From Mobula hypostoma (Eukaryota): a DNA stretch of 64,000 bases. Below are positions 12,731-26,052 of the stretch, one piece after another. The notes beneath the pieces were generated by a model. It was given only the letters and a program-made list of their open reading frames with translations, ran no database searches and was not told where the DNA came from. The position numbers and the translations under genes are program-made. The stretch is taken from NCBI RefSeq assembly GCF_963921235.1, contig NC_086097.1:141920001-141984000 (forward strand). Reading direction: 5' to 3'. Within the stretch, counting starts at the first letter, position 1. Each line of letters begins with the position of its first letter.

Positions 12731-13584
12731 CCCTTGTAATTAATAATCATCAAACTGTCATCAGTAGTATTTGCTGTATTTTAACTTTTCCAAGCTGAAA
12801 CTTCTTTAACTTTTCCAGTTCTAATGAATAGTAATTGGCCTGAAATGTAACTATATGTCTCACTCCACAAATGCTTCCTGAGCAACTGCATTTACTGTTC
12901 TTACGTTTTGGTTGAATTGGCCAGATGAACTGGGTAGCCTTTATATGCCCTTACCTAACTTGGTTACTGTCAAACATTCTGCAGCAACCTTAGTCTTGGT
13001 TCATATTTGATGAGTAATCTGTTAGAGGAATCTCCCATCTAAAGAATGATTGACTAATACCCCACGGGACAAACTGTAGTTGCAAATTTTATTAAGCCAT
13101 GTCAAATAATGTGAAGTTATAAATAACAAAATTAGCCTTTTGTTTTCACTGATGCTTCCTGTTTTTTTACGTTCATTACTCGTTTGTTAGTAATGAGGAC
13201 ATCACCGACAGCGTGGTATTTGTTGCTCATCCCTGGTTACAGCGTGGTATTTTTTGCTCACCCCTGGTTGTCTTAAAGATACTAACAAGTGGCCACATAA
13301 TATAGGATTGGTGTTTTGTGCAGAAGTTTCCCTGCACTGAACAATATTTGTAAACTACTTGGGTCTATTTTGGCAACTTTCCGTCAGCCAACATACAAAT
13401 AATTACATTTTTGGAGTTTATTTTCACCACCATGACCTTGTTGAATGCGGTCTTGGGTTGCAAACCAGTACCTTGGCCATGTGGCTAATGACTCTTATTG
13501 TATGTTAAGTGTAAAAGTTTATTTCTCAGTGATCTACATAAAGAGTAAGCATGTCAATGAACTTGATTATTGCTTTGTTTTTAG

Positions 13585-13752
13585 ACACACCTCTTCATAT
13601 GCACTTTGAAGGTTTACTCAAGCAGGAAGAACATCAAAAATGTCCACAGAAATTCAAGCCTTTGAGGTTGTTGTCACATGTGAAGCAGAGACCCCAAGAT
13701 TCTGCAAAGAAAGTCTGTCAAAAGCTTGCCTCATCCCTTCTCTCATCAGCCA
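13585..13752 (+). CDS. KANSL1: KANSL1-family protein, exon E
   Basis: tttttag| DTPLHMHFEGLLKQE...DSAKKVCQKLASSLLSSA a|gtgagt; compare KANSL1 DVPTSLHFQSMLK...DSARKDRHKLVSSFLTTA. Confidence 0.92.
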
Positions 13753-13889
13753 GTGAGTTTCATGCCTGTAGTTTTAATTAACACATGTAGGTCAGGGGCA
13801 AAGTGAAGCCACCATCAAGGTTAGAAAGTAAGAGCATATGCACTCTTGTGTTATGGTCTTTTCAGTTTTCAAAATACTTGTTTTGTGAC

Positions 13890-14210
13890 TACTTCTGTTG
13901 GCACACAAAGTCCTACAAAATGCAAGTAAATATGAGCTGATAATCAGTTTTTGATATGTTGATTTGGAGCATGTTATAAATTTAAATATTAAAACATCTT
14001 TTTCTTCTCTTTGAAAAAGTATTGGTAGTTTGTATCTTAACTGAAGAAATGTAGAGCCACAATTTAATGTCTCTTGGAAGACTCATTTCTGACAGTGCAG
14101 CACTCTTCCAGTATTCGAGCACTATTTTGGATTATGCATTTGTAGCCTGTAATGGATTTGACCCCACAACTGCTTGGCAGGAATGTAAACAATAGAGGCT
14201 AGCTAACATG
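13890..14210 (-). mobile_element. Ancient DeuSINE (AmnSINE1/SacSINE1-like) remnant
   Basis: tttaatgtctcttggaagactcatttctgacagtgcagcactcttccagtatt...ggatttgaccccacaac resembles the recalled Deu-domain SINE reverse strand; a more degraded copy lies near 6490-6840. Confidence 0.55.
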
Positions 14211-14438
14211 AGTCGAAAAGTCGTATCACTTCTTTGGCAGCTAAATAAGTTTCTTTACGGAGAAAGAGAATTAATGGAATGTTGATGGTGGCAAATAATT
14301 ATACAATCAGTTTTGATATTCTTTTCATCTTAGTGCTTAGGGAGAACCTAAATCCATTCACCAGTCTTTGAGTGGTGATTTAAATATGACTTGCTGGGCT
14401 GTGTTAGAAAATAAGTAATCTGAACATGGATTTCTAAG

Positions 14439-15515
14439 CAACACACACAAGATGTTGGTGGAACACAGCAGGCCAGACAGCATCCATAGGAAGAAGCACA
14501 GTCGATGTTTTGGGCTGGGACCCTTCGTCAGGACTAACTGAAAGAAGAGCTAGTAAGAGATTTGAAAGTGAGAGGGGGAGGGAGAGATCCAGAATGATGA
14601 TAGGAGGGGGAGGGATAGAGCTAAGAGCTGGAAAGTTGATTGGCAAAAGGATACAAGGCTGGAGAAGGGAGAGGATCATGGGATGGGAGGCCTAGGGAGA
14701 AAGAAAGGGGGAGGGGAGAGCCAGAGGAAGATGGAGAGCAGGCAAGGAGTTATTGTGAGTGGGACAGAGAGAGAAAAGGGGGGGTGGGAATAAATAAATA
14801 AGGGATGGGGTAAGAACGGGAGGAGGGGCATTAGCGGAAGTTTGAGAAGTCAGTGTTCATGCCATCAGGTTGGAGGCTACCCAGACTGAATATAAGGTGT
14901 TGTTCCTCCAACCTGAGTGTGGCTTCATCTTGACAGTAGAGGAGGCCGTGGATTGACATATTAATATGGTAATGGGACGTGGAATTAAAATATGTGGCCA
15001 CTGGGAGATCCTGCTTTCTCTGGCGTTTCATCTTGACAGTAGAGGAGGAGGACTTCTCTAACTTCCGTTAATTCCCCCCCCCCCCCCGTTCTTACCCCAT
15101 CCCTTATTTATTTATTATTTCCCCCTTTTTTTCCTTCTCTTTTTTCTCTCTCAGTCCCTCTCACAATCACTCCTTGCCCGCTCTCCATCTTCCTCTGGCT
15201 CTCCCCTCCCCCCTTCTCTCTCCCTAGGCCTCCCGTCCCATGATCCTCTCCCTTCTCTAGCTTTGTATCCCCTTTGCTAATCAACTTTCCAGCTCTTAGC
15301 TCTATCCTTCCCCCTCCTGTCTTCTCCCATCATTTCAGATCTCCCCCTCCCCCTCCCACTTTCTTACTATCTTCTTTCAGTTAGTCCTGACGAAGGGTCT
15401 CGGCCCAAAACATCGACTGTGCTTCTTCCTATGGATGCTGTCTGGCCTGCTGTGTTCCACCAGCATTTTGTGCGTGTTGTTTGAATTTCCAGCATCTGCA
15501 GATTTCCTCATGTTT
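14439..15515. mobile_element. Penelope-like insertion with inverted pLTR arms
   Basis: Minus arm ~14439-15050 (KQDLPVATYFNSTSH...LEEQHLIFSLGSLQPDGMNTDFSNFR) faces a plus arm ~15052-15515; TSD atggatttctaag at 14426-14438 and 15516-15528. Confidence 0.92.
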
Positions 15516-15689
15516 ATGGATTTCTAAGAATATTTTCTGTTGTAGACATCAAAGTTAAGAGTTAGAATTTGTAATCGAGCATTTCACATTAACCAATGTT
15601 GAGCAATACTCAATATGATTTGAGATTTGTTTGCCTTTTGAGGCTTGCCTTAATCCAACAAAGTAACCCCTCCACGTACATAGGTTTAT

Positions 15690-16565
15690 ATTTGTATTTT
15701 TATATATATCTTTACCCCTTATGATTTTATAAATCTCCATGAAATTACCACACAGCTTCCTTTTTTACCCATAGAAAGCAGTCTTGGCAATACCCTTGCA
15801 TACCTTTTCTGCACCCTCTCCCAAACTGCTCACAGTAAACCAAGTGAAGTCTCACCAATGTCTTGTACACTAACATTTTGTAGTTAACCTCATCCAATGA
15901 AGACAAGCTTGCCATATGCTGTCTTCACCACCCTGTTTACCTATGTTACCACTTTTGGGGAACCATGTACTTATACCCTCTGGTATTTCCGTTCAACATC
16001 TCCCAGAGCCCTGGCATTCACAGTCCTGCCCTAGTTTAACTTCCCAAGATATTCTGCACAAGTCTGAGTTAAATTTCATCTGCCATTACTTTGCACATTT
16101 TCCCAGTTAGTCTATACCTGTTGTAACCTTAGCCGCCTTCAGTGTCCATGATACCACAAAATTTTGGTGTGTATATGGAGCTGTTAATCAATCCTCTACA
16201 CCTTCATCCAAATCATTGGGATATGTGACAAACACAGGAGACCCAGCATCATCTCTGTGGCACAGCACTGGTCACAGGCCTCTGATCTTAAAAAAAAACA
16301 CAACCATCTACTTAAGACCACAGACATAAGAACGGATTTAGGCCCTTCGGCCCGGCAATTCAGCTCTGATCGTGGTTGATTCATTTTCCCTCTCAACCTC
16401 ATTCTCCGGCATTCTCCCTGTAACCTTATTCACCCTTACTAATCAAGAACCTATCAACCTTTGCTTTAAATATACTGAATGACTTGGCCTTAAGCTGCCT
16501 GTGGCATTGAATTCCACAGGTTTAACACCCTCTGGATAAAGAACTTCCACTTCTACCTTGTATTC
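15690..16565 (-). mobile_element. Degraded CR1 LINE fragments
   Basis: Reverse-strand RT C-terminal pieces and a CR1 3' UTR (ataagaacggatttaggcccttcggccc). Confidence 0.65.
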
Positions 16566-17376
16566 TAAGGCTTTTGATTTGCTGCTTGGTCTGAATTTAA
16601 ATAGTAAAATTGTTAATTGGAGCTGAATAATTAAGGAAAAGAACATTTGCCAGGCCTGAATTTTATTTATCCACTTCCTTTATCCCAACCATTTGCAGGA
16701 GTGCTGGGGCTTTTCTTGCCTTCCATCTCTAAAATTACCCTATCTTTTAAAGACCTATCTTTCATCCTGTAGCTTAGTCTTGATTTGTATCTGATAATGC
16801 TTCAGTGAAATACTCAAGACATACTATGCTTGACTTTCTATGTAAGTAGATGTGAGACCTTCAGTTCAGAAAATTTGAATCCTAGTTTGTGCTGAGTATA
16901 CTGATTTTGCTGTAAAACACTGTTCTTTCGATTAATTTTCTGTACATCTCTCCATGTAATCACTGCACCGGTCATATCAGAACATTCAGTTGCTTGTGTC
17001 CTGCTGTCTGGAATTGTCTCTTAATATATTCATCCAATTTTTATTTAATCCTTAGCAACACTTCTTCAGCCAAGCTTTCAGTCACCCTCCCTAATTTTCC
17101 ATTACGAGTTGTTTTTCTTGTATTTTTGAAGTACTGAGAAACATATTTCATATTAAAGGTGCTATGTAAGCACAAGTTATTAATTGAAGAAAGGGAAAGA
17201 AAATGACTTTTTTAAAAAAATCAACACTGCAAATTCTATGGATACATTTTCTGGAAACCGAGGAAAATCTTGTGATAAGTTTAGTCTTCATGTGACTGGA
17301 AAAGTTATGGATTTTTACAAAAGGGTGAGCTGGATGGATCGCTTGTTATATAAGAGACTTATTTTTTCACCTTCAG

Positions 17377-17520
17377 AATACGTACAAAGTGGAAATTCAC
17401 CAGAAAAGATCTTCAAAAGGCGACCAGATCACTGGCAGCCATCTTCAAAATCAGACGTTGATCCTTTCACGGAAAAACTCAGCACACAGATAAAGAAGCA
17501 GAGAGCACCTGTACATTTAG
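17377..17520 (+). CDS. KANSL1: KANSL1-family protein, exon F
   Basis: ttcaccttcag| (K)YVQSGNSPEKIFKRRPDHWQ...RAPVHL g|gtaac; 144 nt, phase 1-1, keeps the frame; weak homology. Confidence 0.78.
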
Positions 17521-18239
17521 GTAACAATAATTCAGAAATGCCCAATCTTGTGTTGTTCTTGCTAGGGTTTTGATGGCTGTCACTGATTAGGCAATAGTTT
17601 ACTATTGCAAACTTTTTCTCAAATCATCTTTTACATTTGATAATAGCAGTTTACTGATTTTTCGAAGAAGAGTACTAAAACCATATGTGTAATTGAACTA
17701 AACTCTGTTACCATACCAAATGCTATGTCAAATGACTAGAAGGTAGTTTTCCAACTAGGCCTGAGATTTTCTGCTTGCTCTACTTGTATCCTTTAGTCTT
17801 GCACACTGAGCAATTTTGATTTTTAATACAAAACATTCTCAATTCCATAAAGTATATCTGAGAGCATTATGCATTACAATGTACTGCTGCTGCAAAACAA
17901 CTTTCTCAATATATGCTAGTTATATGAACCTTGATTCTGAGAATTTTTTTTAAAGACTCGCATGTTCTTTATTAGCCTTATTCCCCTTTTGAACTCCCTT
18001 ATTTCCTAACTAAGAACAGTACTAAAGGTGGTAATAGTGGGGGTTGGGGGGCATGGAATGATGGAAGTGTTTCACTAGAGCCTAATTATTTTGTTACGGA
18101 TGTGGGATTGTACATTAGTACACCTCCTAATGTGAAATTAGGTTCTATAAGATATAAAATTTCAACCTGCCAGTTACAAGTTTGCTGTTTGCAGCCCTAT
18201 CTGCCTGAGGGCATCTCCAAGGATTTATCCTGTGCTTAA

Positions 18240-18735
18240 CACCTTGATGCAATCACGAAGAAGGCATGTCATTGACTCTTCATTAAGAGTTTGAGGTGAT
18301 TAGGAATGTCTCCAAAGATGCTTGCAAATTTCTATAGATGTACAGTGATGAGCATTCTGACTGGTTGCATCATAGCTTGGATGAAGACTGCGATGAACAG
18401 GCAGCCAGCTCCATCACGGGTAAAACCTCTATGATTGAGGCCATCTTCAAGAAGGCAGCATCCATCAGCAGGGACTCTCACCAGCTAGGGCATGTCCTGT
18501 TCTTTGTTCTACAATCAGGGAGGAGTACAGGAGCCTGAAGATCCACGCTCACTGATTCCTTTGAAACATCAGATTTCTGGACAGTTCATGAACCCATGTG
18601 CACTACCTCACTTGTTTTTTTTTGCATTACTTGTTTATTTTGTAATATATAGTAATTTTATGTCTTCGCACTGTACTGCTTCAAGATAACAAATTTCACG
18701 TCATGAAAGAACAATGATGATAAATCTGATTCATT
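18240..18735 (+). mobile_element. Rex1/Babar LINE 3' fragment
   Basis: Encodes the NFYRCTV..ILTGCIIAW region; 3' end taaatctgattc. Confidence 0.7.
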
Positions 18736-19560
18736 ATGGAATATGAACATCAGTTAGATCTGAGGGGGAGTTGTAATCACCTCCTTGTCCATTTAAACCT
18801 GTTGCAGACACTGTTTTAATAAGGCACAGGGAGGGGAAATAGTGAAGAGAAAGATTATGAGAAGGGAAAGTTGGAACAGTTTAATTAAGGGAAGTGTGCT
18901 TGTCTTTCTGGATATTAGCTTCCACATGTTAACGTATATTCCTTTCCGATTCTAACACTCTGACAATAACCCTCTCATTGACTTAGCTTTTCAGTTTCTT
19001 TCTCATACTCATTTCATTTCCCTCTTTCATTCCTTCATCCTTGCATTCCATGTTCCCCTCTCTCATTCGGAGGACTGGGCTGAAGAAAGAGGAGTTAGGA
19101 GTTAAAAGAGCAAGGGAAAATTCAGGACGAAATAAAAAGCTCTTTTATTTACCAGTTCTCAAATCCAAGTGAGTGAAATAACCTTGACATTGTGAGGTCA
19201 AATCCTACGGAGGCAAGAATTCAGTAAGAAAATCAATTATTTTTCAGCGGCATTTTGACTTTTCTTTCTACTGTGGTCATTAGATTATCTAGAAAGGGAA
19301 GTAAATTCCACTGAAGAATCGATTTTATATCTTTCTACGATCCTTACTTGTGAGTTTGTGCATTCATGCACGTGTACAAAGTTAATTACAGTATTGGAAA
19401 GAAAGGAAATGGCAATAGCAAATTTTTATGGCAGCTCCTTTTGATGTAAGTTAACATATTGAGAGTTTTATAATCCCTTTCCCCTCATCTCCCAAGGTAA
19501 TGAATGGAATAAATAAGATATTGAGCATTGTTAATCTCTTATTACTTTACTTCCATATAG

Positions 19561-19724
19561 CCTTCAGTAAGCGACACAAACCGGCTTCGGGTTCATACCC
19601 TCCATTGCTGAACCCCCAGACTCCAAAACCAAGTTCAGTGGTACACCAGTTGCCTTCGTATACAGATACCCCATCACTTTCAGCTGTACACAACCAGCCT
19701 GCAACGTCCAGTACTTCTACGCCA
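19561..19724 (+). CDS. KANSL1: KANSL1-family protein, exon G
   Basis: ttccatatag| FSKRHKPASGSYPP...SVVHQLPSYTDTPS...STSTP |gtaagt; compare KANSL1 PLVRQLSTSSDSPA; phase 1 to 0. Confidence 0.87.
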
Positions 19725-20859
19725 GTAAGTTATATCAAAGGTTGATTTGCAATGTATTTGCAGGGGATCACAGTTAAAATGGAAAGATTAGATAAAATGG
19801 GATTCTTCTTCTTGTACTTGAGTTTAGGGTGATTTAATGGAATTGATACAGGTTTAGTAAGAGTAATTGAGGAGCATCAATTTGACAGCAAGGTCATTGG
19901 CTGGATTTCAGATAATTGATAAAGGACCAGAGAGAAAATAAAGAAGAAATGTTTTTTAAGTGGATAGTTCATTCAAAAGGCCAGCACAGATACACAAGTT
20001 TAAAAGGTTTCTGTCAATGTTTTTCTTTTATCGTCTCAAATCCATCCCATATTACCAAGTTTTGATGGACCTTTATTTCCTTGAAGTAATGAGGGGTTGG
20101 AAGCTTCATGAAGCAGGAATAGAATTACATTACTACACTGTTTTCTCAGTTCTAAAATGCCATTTTCTGCACAATAAATAACTTTTATTTTGATTGGTTT
20201 GTATTGTATTGCAATATTCTAGTTTTTATGGTCCAAGGAAATGGTCTTGATTAGTTTCCAATTGGAATAGTTGATGTTGGAACTGAGGCACAATCACAAT
20301 TGGACTGCTTTACAGTAAAATCATAAAGTAGAAGTGTTTGCTGTTGATTCAACCTGAGTGTGAATAGTTAATCCTGAAGAACTTTTTTTTGGCAAATACG
20401 GAATTGGAAATTGTGTGCTTTTTATTTCAGGGTGTCACATGCCTTCATATATAGATAAATATGATAGCTAGTACGTAAATAATATAGTTTCCTCAAGGAT
20501 TAAATGTTTGGAGTCCATCTTAGCATGGTTGATCTTCATTTGATTATCTGTTCACTTACGTTTTGAATGAATTCAACAACTGAGCCTCCATAGCCCTCTG
20601 GGGTAGAGAATTCCAAGGATTCACCATCCATTGAAATTTATCTATTGCCGTCTTAAATGGCTGGCCCTTTATTCTGAGAATGTGACCCTTGATTCTGTAA
20701 TACCACATGTTTGGGATTGGGATTGGCTCTAAATCTTCCTTTGTTGCTATTGAGTCTAAATGCTGGAACAATCTTCATAAAACATTATAGGAATGTGTGT
20801 GTATACCCCTTTCCCCCCCCACAATGATTTATGAAGATTGTCCCTAAGGCGGTCCTACA

Positions 20860-21066
20860 TTGAATTCAATGCCGACTGGCAATTTCTGTGACACTGCTGG
20901 TATCAAACTATCATTAGTCTCTGCCATTCCTTTGGGTTCATCAGATGCATGGAGAGGGGGTGCTTGCTACATGGTCAACAGCTTGTTCTCCATATCATAC
21001 TCCGCAGGTTTGCCTAAATAGCTAGGACACAATATCCATGGACAATTCTGACCAATGGAGGCCTCA
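20860..21066 (-). mobile_element. RTE-leader-derived short repeat, older copy
   Basis: Reverse complement aligns by eye with 61080-61262 (ccatggat...atggag...gttgaccatg...ccctctccatg). Confidence 0.5.
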
Positions 21067-21333
21067 GATACATACATGCGCGCACACAATAACTTTTAAT
21101 GGAAACCATAAATATTCAAAAGAACCCTGATTTTTTTTAACAATTGTCCTGAATGCATTGATAATGGCTGCTTACAATCAATGTGCTGTGTTTGTTGTTT
21201 GAACCTCCAGAGCTCCATCTGGTGGACAAATTTGACAAAAAAGCATGTTTATTTATAACCAGTATTGAAATGATTTACTTGCTCAGAAGCTGAAAGTTGA
21301 TGTCTTTACTTTGTATCCTTGCTTTTCTTATAG

Positions 21334-21453
<120 letters not shown>

Positions 21454-23006
21454 TAACCCAGTCTAGTGCCATTGTGATATTGATAAAATGGAAAAATAAA
21501 TGTATGGTGAAACACTTTTCTTTTCCCATTCTTCCCAGAGCCAAGAAAGAGTTCCTCTCGTTGTCACTTTCCACCCTTCCAGTTACGTATTCATAATCCT
21601 TTACAATTTTCAGTAGCTCCAGTGCAATGCTTCTACCTGGTATTTATGCCTGTCAGTATTCAGAAGGGACCATTTCCTCCAAGTTCACTCTTTCATCTTC
21701 AGCAACTTTCTGTGCAATCCCAGTAGTGCGTGTCCTGAAATTGTACTCTTCCGCAATCCAAGGTTTCAAAACACTTTCCACGAAAAGCAGTGATTACCTG
21801 TCCTTTGACGGTGAATTTGTTGATCATGATGTAATTGCGACTAAATTAATCTAAATGAATGTTGGGTGTCAGCAAATCCATTAGTCTTTCATTGTCTCTT
21901 CATGTTCTGTTGGAATTCCATTCTAACCCTATCCCTTGCATCTTTGGTAATTTTTAAGTACTTCAAGAATTATTTTTTCTGTTATTGATTTCTGTTTTGT
22001 TCTCTCGTGATTTTGCTGTCTCTCATCTTGCATTATATCCTCTGTCATTTATTGCTACTGCCTTTTGCGCTTTCATAAATTTCCCTTTTGTAGACCTTCC
22101 ATTTATTTCTCCACTCTTCCTTTGTATCTTAAGATTCTCAAATCTCAAGATTGTATAATTAATATATTCTTTGATAGTAAATGTATTTTGAAGACTTATT
22201 TCTAATTTTTTCTTGTTTCGATGGAAGGTTATCAACCTGAAATGTTAGCAGTGCTTTTGTCCCTACGGCTGCCACCAGACTGACTGTCTTTACAGTATTT
22301 TCTATTTCAAATCATAGAAGACAATTATATGAGGAATGTTGGATGAGGATCCTCTTAAACTTCCCCAATTTTTATAAACACTTGGACGGACAGTGAATTC
22401 TCTCAATAGATACTAACTTTAACATCCCTTTGTAATGACAGTGCTTCAAACAAAGCTGAGGTGTCTTCATAGAATTAATGCTGAAGCCTGGATTTGACAT
22501 GTCTGATGGCATCATTTACTGGTGCCAAGTGGTGGGTTTTTTTTTGAAGATGATTTCATGATGATGATCTTTCTGTGCCATGTACAACTGTCAGAACATT
22601 AACATTAATCTCCAAGTTCTTTCTGAATTAAGCAGTTAGTGATCGGATATTATGCTGATTTGGCAATTTTCTGAAGCTTCCCCTTCCAAGTACCTTCTCA
22701 GTGAAGTCCAACTGTTTCAATAGGAATTAGGTAACTTTTTTGTAGAATGAGAAATAATGAAAGGAAGCAATGGCAGGGGAATAGAAATGAGTAATTTGAG
22801 GATCATGATTATTTTCTGGTTCTGCAACATTACATGTGTTTGACTCAATGCAATTTCTTCTGCTTTCTTTAATAAGTCTCTGCCCTTTGCTTATTCCAGG
22901 AAAGGTAAGAAATTGCACGGAGGGCACAGTACTTTGTACTAAATCATTGGATTTGTAAGGTATTGCTTTAAATGACTACATTGTGATCATTTCCTGTTTT
23001 GGGCAG

Positions 23007-23067
23007 TTGGCGAATTGCAGATATCAAACAGTCCAAGCAGCAAAGTTGCATGTTGGAGGATGACCAG
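23007..23067 (+). CDS. KANSL1: KANSL1-family protein, exon I
   Basis: gggcag| (S)WRIADIKQSKQQSCMLEDDQ |gtattt; completes the ILTPSWR motif. Confidence 0.93.
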
Positions 23068-23156
23068 GTATTTGAAATTTTCATAAGTCCTTGTATTTCT
23101 GATTTTATTTTATTTTGCTGTAAACTTTTTAATTTAAACTCTTCTGTTATATACAG

Positions 23157-23269
23157 TATGAGGAGATGTCTGATGAGGCCTTTCTTAGTCGTCATTCCAA
23201 ATGCGAAGAAATGGAACGTTCTAGATGGTGCCTGTGGTCATCATCCAGCTCTGTGAGGCGAGGAAGCAG
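23157..23269 (+). CDS. KANSL1: KANSL1-family protein, exon J (PEHE core)
   Basis: YEEMSDEAFLSRHSKCEEMERSRWCLWSSSSVRRGS; compare KANSL1 [24 protein letters not shown]...QRRGS; preceded by an 89 nt intron. Confidence 0.95.
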
Positions 23270-24207
23270 GTAACCTTGATGTCAGAAGTTACGTTAATTC
23301 TTATTTATTAGTCATATTAAATTTGGGTTGCATGATAAATGCCCAATAAGAAGTGGGGAAAATTTTATTAAAATTGCTCCTCGGTAAAGCTGCCCATCAT
23401 TTTTCTGCTCTCTCAACTATCTAACTGCTTTGTCAAAATTCCCATGGTTTCTGCCTCTGTGCACAATCCACGTCACTACATTCACCAGTAGACAAATCTA
23501 AACTACCTGTATACCATCAAACTATATGGTTTGCAACCTTCCTTTTTTAAAAAAATAGGTACAGAATCTATATTTTTGGCTTGTATAGAATATTTGGTTT
23601 ATTTTTATATGGTTATATATGGTTAATGTTTTGAATTTCAATGATTCTAAATGATCATAATGATTCACCAGGCCACGACCTTTATTCAAGTTCCTTTGTA
23701 ATTAGTTTATCAAGTTTCTCTTTTAATTTAGTGATTCAGAATCCTGATTTTTTTTTTTACATAGCCAATTTCCAAATCACATAGTATCTTATAACTGTTG
23801 ATTACGTTTTGGCAATTTCCTTCCATTATTGTTAAACCTTGTAACTGTTGAGCTTCAATGTCATTTAATCAATCTAACAGAAGAACACACAAATAAAATA
23901 GAGGTAAGAGTAGGTCATTAAGCCTCCCAAGCCACTCAGTATGATTGTGGATGATCCAGCATTTTGCCAATGTTTGTGTACCAGGATCATTGTGATGGTA
24001 TCTCCCTGTTCATCCCACGTCTACACATGGGTTCTTTTCTGTGGTTTGACTGGAATTCGGGCACAACTGAGGCACTGAATGAATACTGTACATTAGTCTT
24101 CAAGTGGAAGAGGCAAAATAATATGTATTTGTAATTCTGACAGGGTGAACATTGACCAGTGGTGGGGAGTAATATAAAGTTCAAAGTAAAATTTATTATT
24201 GAAGTAC

Positions 24208-24411
24208 TTTGTTCCTTTCCACACCTTATGGCACATCGGGTGGCAACCTTGCTGATTTGTTAGCATTTTGCCTGTCTTTTTACGAGGCTGAGTTGCTAGC
24301 TTGACGCTCACCCCAGCATGGATGGTAAGTGTGCAAGGAGCTGGTCCAATTCAAACCCAGGACCACTCATCTCAAAGTGCGGTACAGATGCCATTACAAC
24401 ACTGGCCAACA
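24208..24411 (-). mobile_element. tRNA-derived SINE, older copy of the 27391 family
   Basis: tacgaggctgagttgctagcttgacgctcaccccagcatggatg is the reverse complement of the 27391 SINE body; TSD tattgaagtac at 24197-24207 and 24412-24422. Confidence 0.8.
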
Positions 24412-24427
24412 TATTGAAGTACATGTA

Positions 24428-26052
24428 CAGTGGCATGCAAAAGTTTGGGCACCCCGGTCAAAATTTCTGTTACTGTGAATAGTTAAGTGAGTAGAAGATG
24501 AACTGATCTCCAAAAGTCATAAGGTTAAAAATGAGACATTCTTTTCAACATTTTAAGCAGGATTAGTGTATTATTTTTGTTTTGTACAATTTTGGGGTGG
24601 GGGGAGAAAGGAAAGGAGCACCATGCAAAAGTTTGGGCACCCCAAGAGATTTGAGCTCTCAGATAACTTTTACGGTACCAAGGTCTCAGACCTTAATTAG
24701 CTTGTTAGGGCTATGGCTTGTTCACAATCATCATTAGGAAAGGCCAGGTGATGCAAATTTCAAAGCTTTATAAATATCCTGACTCCTCAAACCTTGTCCC
24801 AACAATCAGCAGCCATGGGCTCCTCTAAGCAGCTGCCTTGCACTCTGAGAATTAAAATAAATGATGCCCACAAGGTAGGAGAAGGCTATAAGAAGATAAC
24901 AAAGCGTTTTCAGGTAGCCGTTTCCTCAGTTCATAATGTAATTAAGAAATGGCAGTTAACAGGAACAGTGAAGGTCAAGTTGAGGTCTGGAAGACCAAGA
25001 AAACTTTCCCAGAGAACTGCTCATAGGATTGCTAGAAAGGCAAATCAAAACCCCCGTTTGATGGAAAAGACCTTCAGGAAGATTTAGCAGACCCTGGAGT
25101 GGTGGGTGCACTGTTCTACTGTGCAGCAACACCTGCACAAATATGACCTTCATGGAAGAGTCATCAGAAGAAAAGTTTTCCTGCGTCTTCACTACAAAAT
25201 ACAGCGTCAGAAGTTTGCAAAGGAACATTTAAGCAAGCCTGTTGCATTTTGGTAACAAGTCCTGTGAACTGATGAAGTTAAAATAGAACATTTTGGCTGC
25301 AATGAGCAAAGGTATGTTTGGAGAAAAAAGGGTGCTGAATTTCGTGAAAAGAACACCTCTCCAACTGTTGAGCACGGGGGTGGATCGATCATGCTTTGGG
25401 CTTGTGTTGCAGCCAGTGGCACGGGGAACATTTCACTGGTAGAGGGAAAAATGAATTCAATTAAATACCAGCAAATTCTGGAAGCAAACATCACACTGTC
25501 TGTAAAAAAAAAAGCGCTGAAGGTGAAAAGAGGGTGGCTTCTACAACAGGATAATGAACCTAAAGACACCTCAAAGTCCACAATGGACTACTTCAAGAGG
25601 CGCAAGCTGAAGGTTTTGCCATGGCCCTCACAGTCCCCCGTCCTAAACATCATTGAAAATCTGGGGATAGACCTCGAGAGCAGTGCATGCAAGATGGCCC
25701 AAGAATCTCACAGAACTAGAAGCCTTTTGCAAGGAAGAATGGGTGAAAACAAAAATTGAAAACCTCTTAGCTGGCTACAGAAAGTGTTTACAAGCTGTGA
25801 TACTTGCCAAAGGGGGTTTTACTGAGTACTGACCATGCAGGGTGCCCAAACTTTTGCTTCAGGCCCTTTTCCTTTTTTGTTATTTTGAAACTGTAAAAGA
25901 TGGAAATAAAAAAGTAATCTTGCTTAAGACATTAAAGAAATGTGTCATCTTTAACTTTATGCCTTTTGGAAATCAGTTCATCCTTTACTTGCTTAGTTAT
26001 TCACAGTAACAGAAATTTTGACCAGGGATGCCCAAACTTTTGCATGCCGCTG
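24428..26052 (+). mobile_element. Full-length Tc1 transposon (IR/DR type), transposase disrupted
   Basis: TA|cagtggcatgcaaaagtttgggcacccc ... gggatgcccaaacttttgcatgccgctg|TA; long TIRs with internal direct repeats; transposase 24815-25832 with GRPRK, TDE, QQDN and WPSQSP motifs, frameshifted. Confidence 0.95.

Noticed and set aside
17184..17376. Extra exon or extension upstream of exon F
   Set aside because: The frame is open but has no family similarity; the gtgagc donor near 17324 would leave an intron of only about 53 nt.
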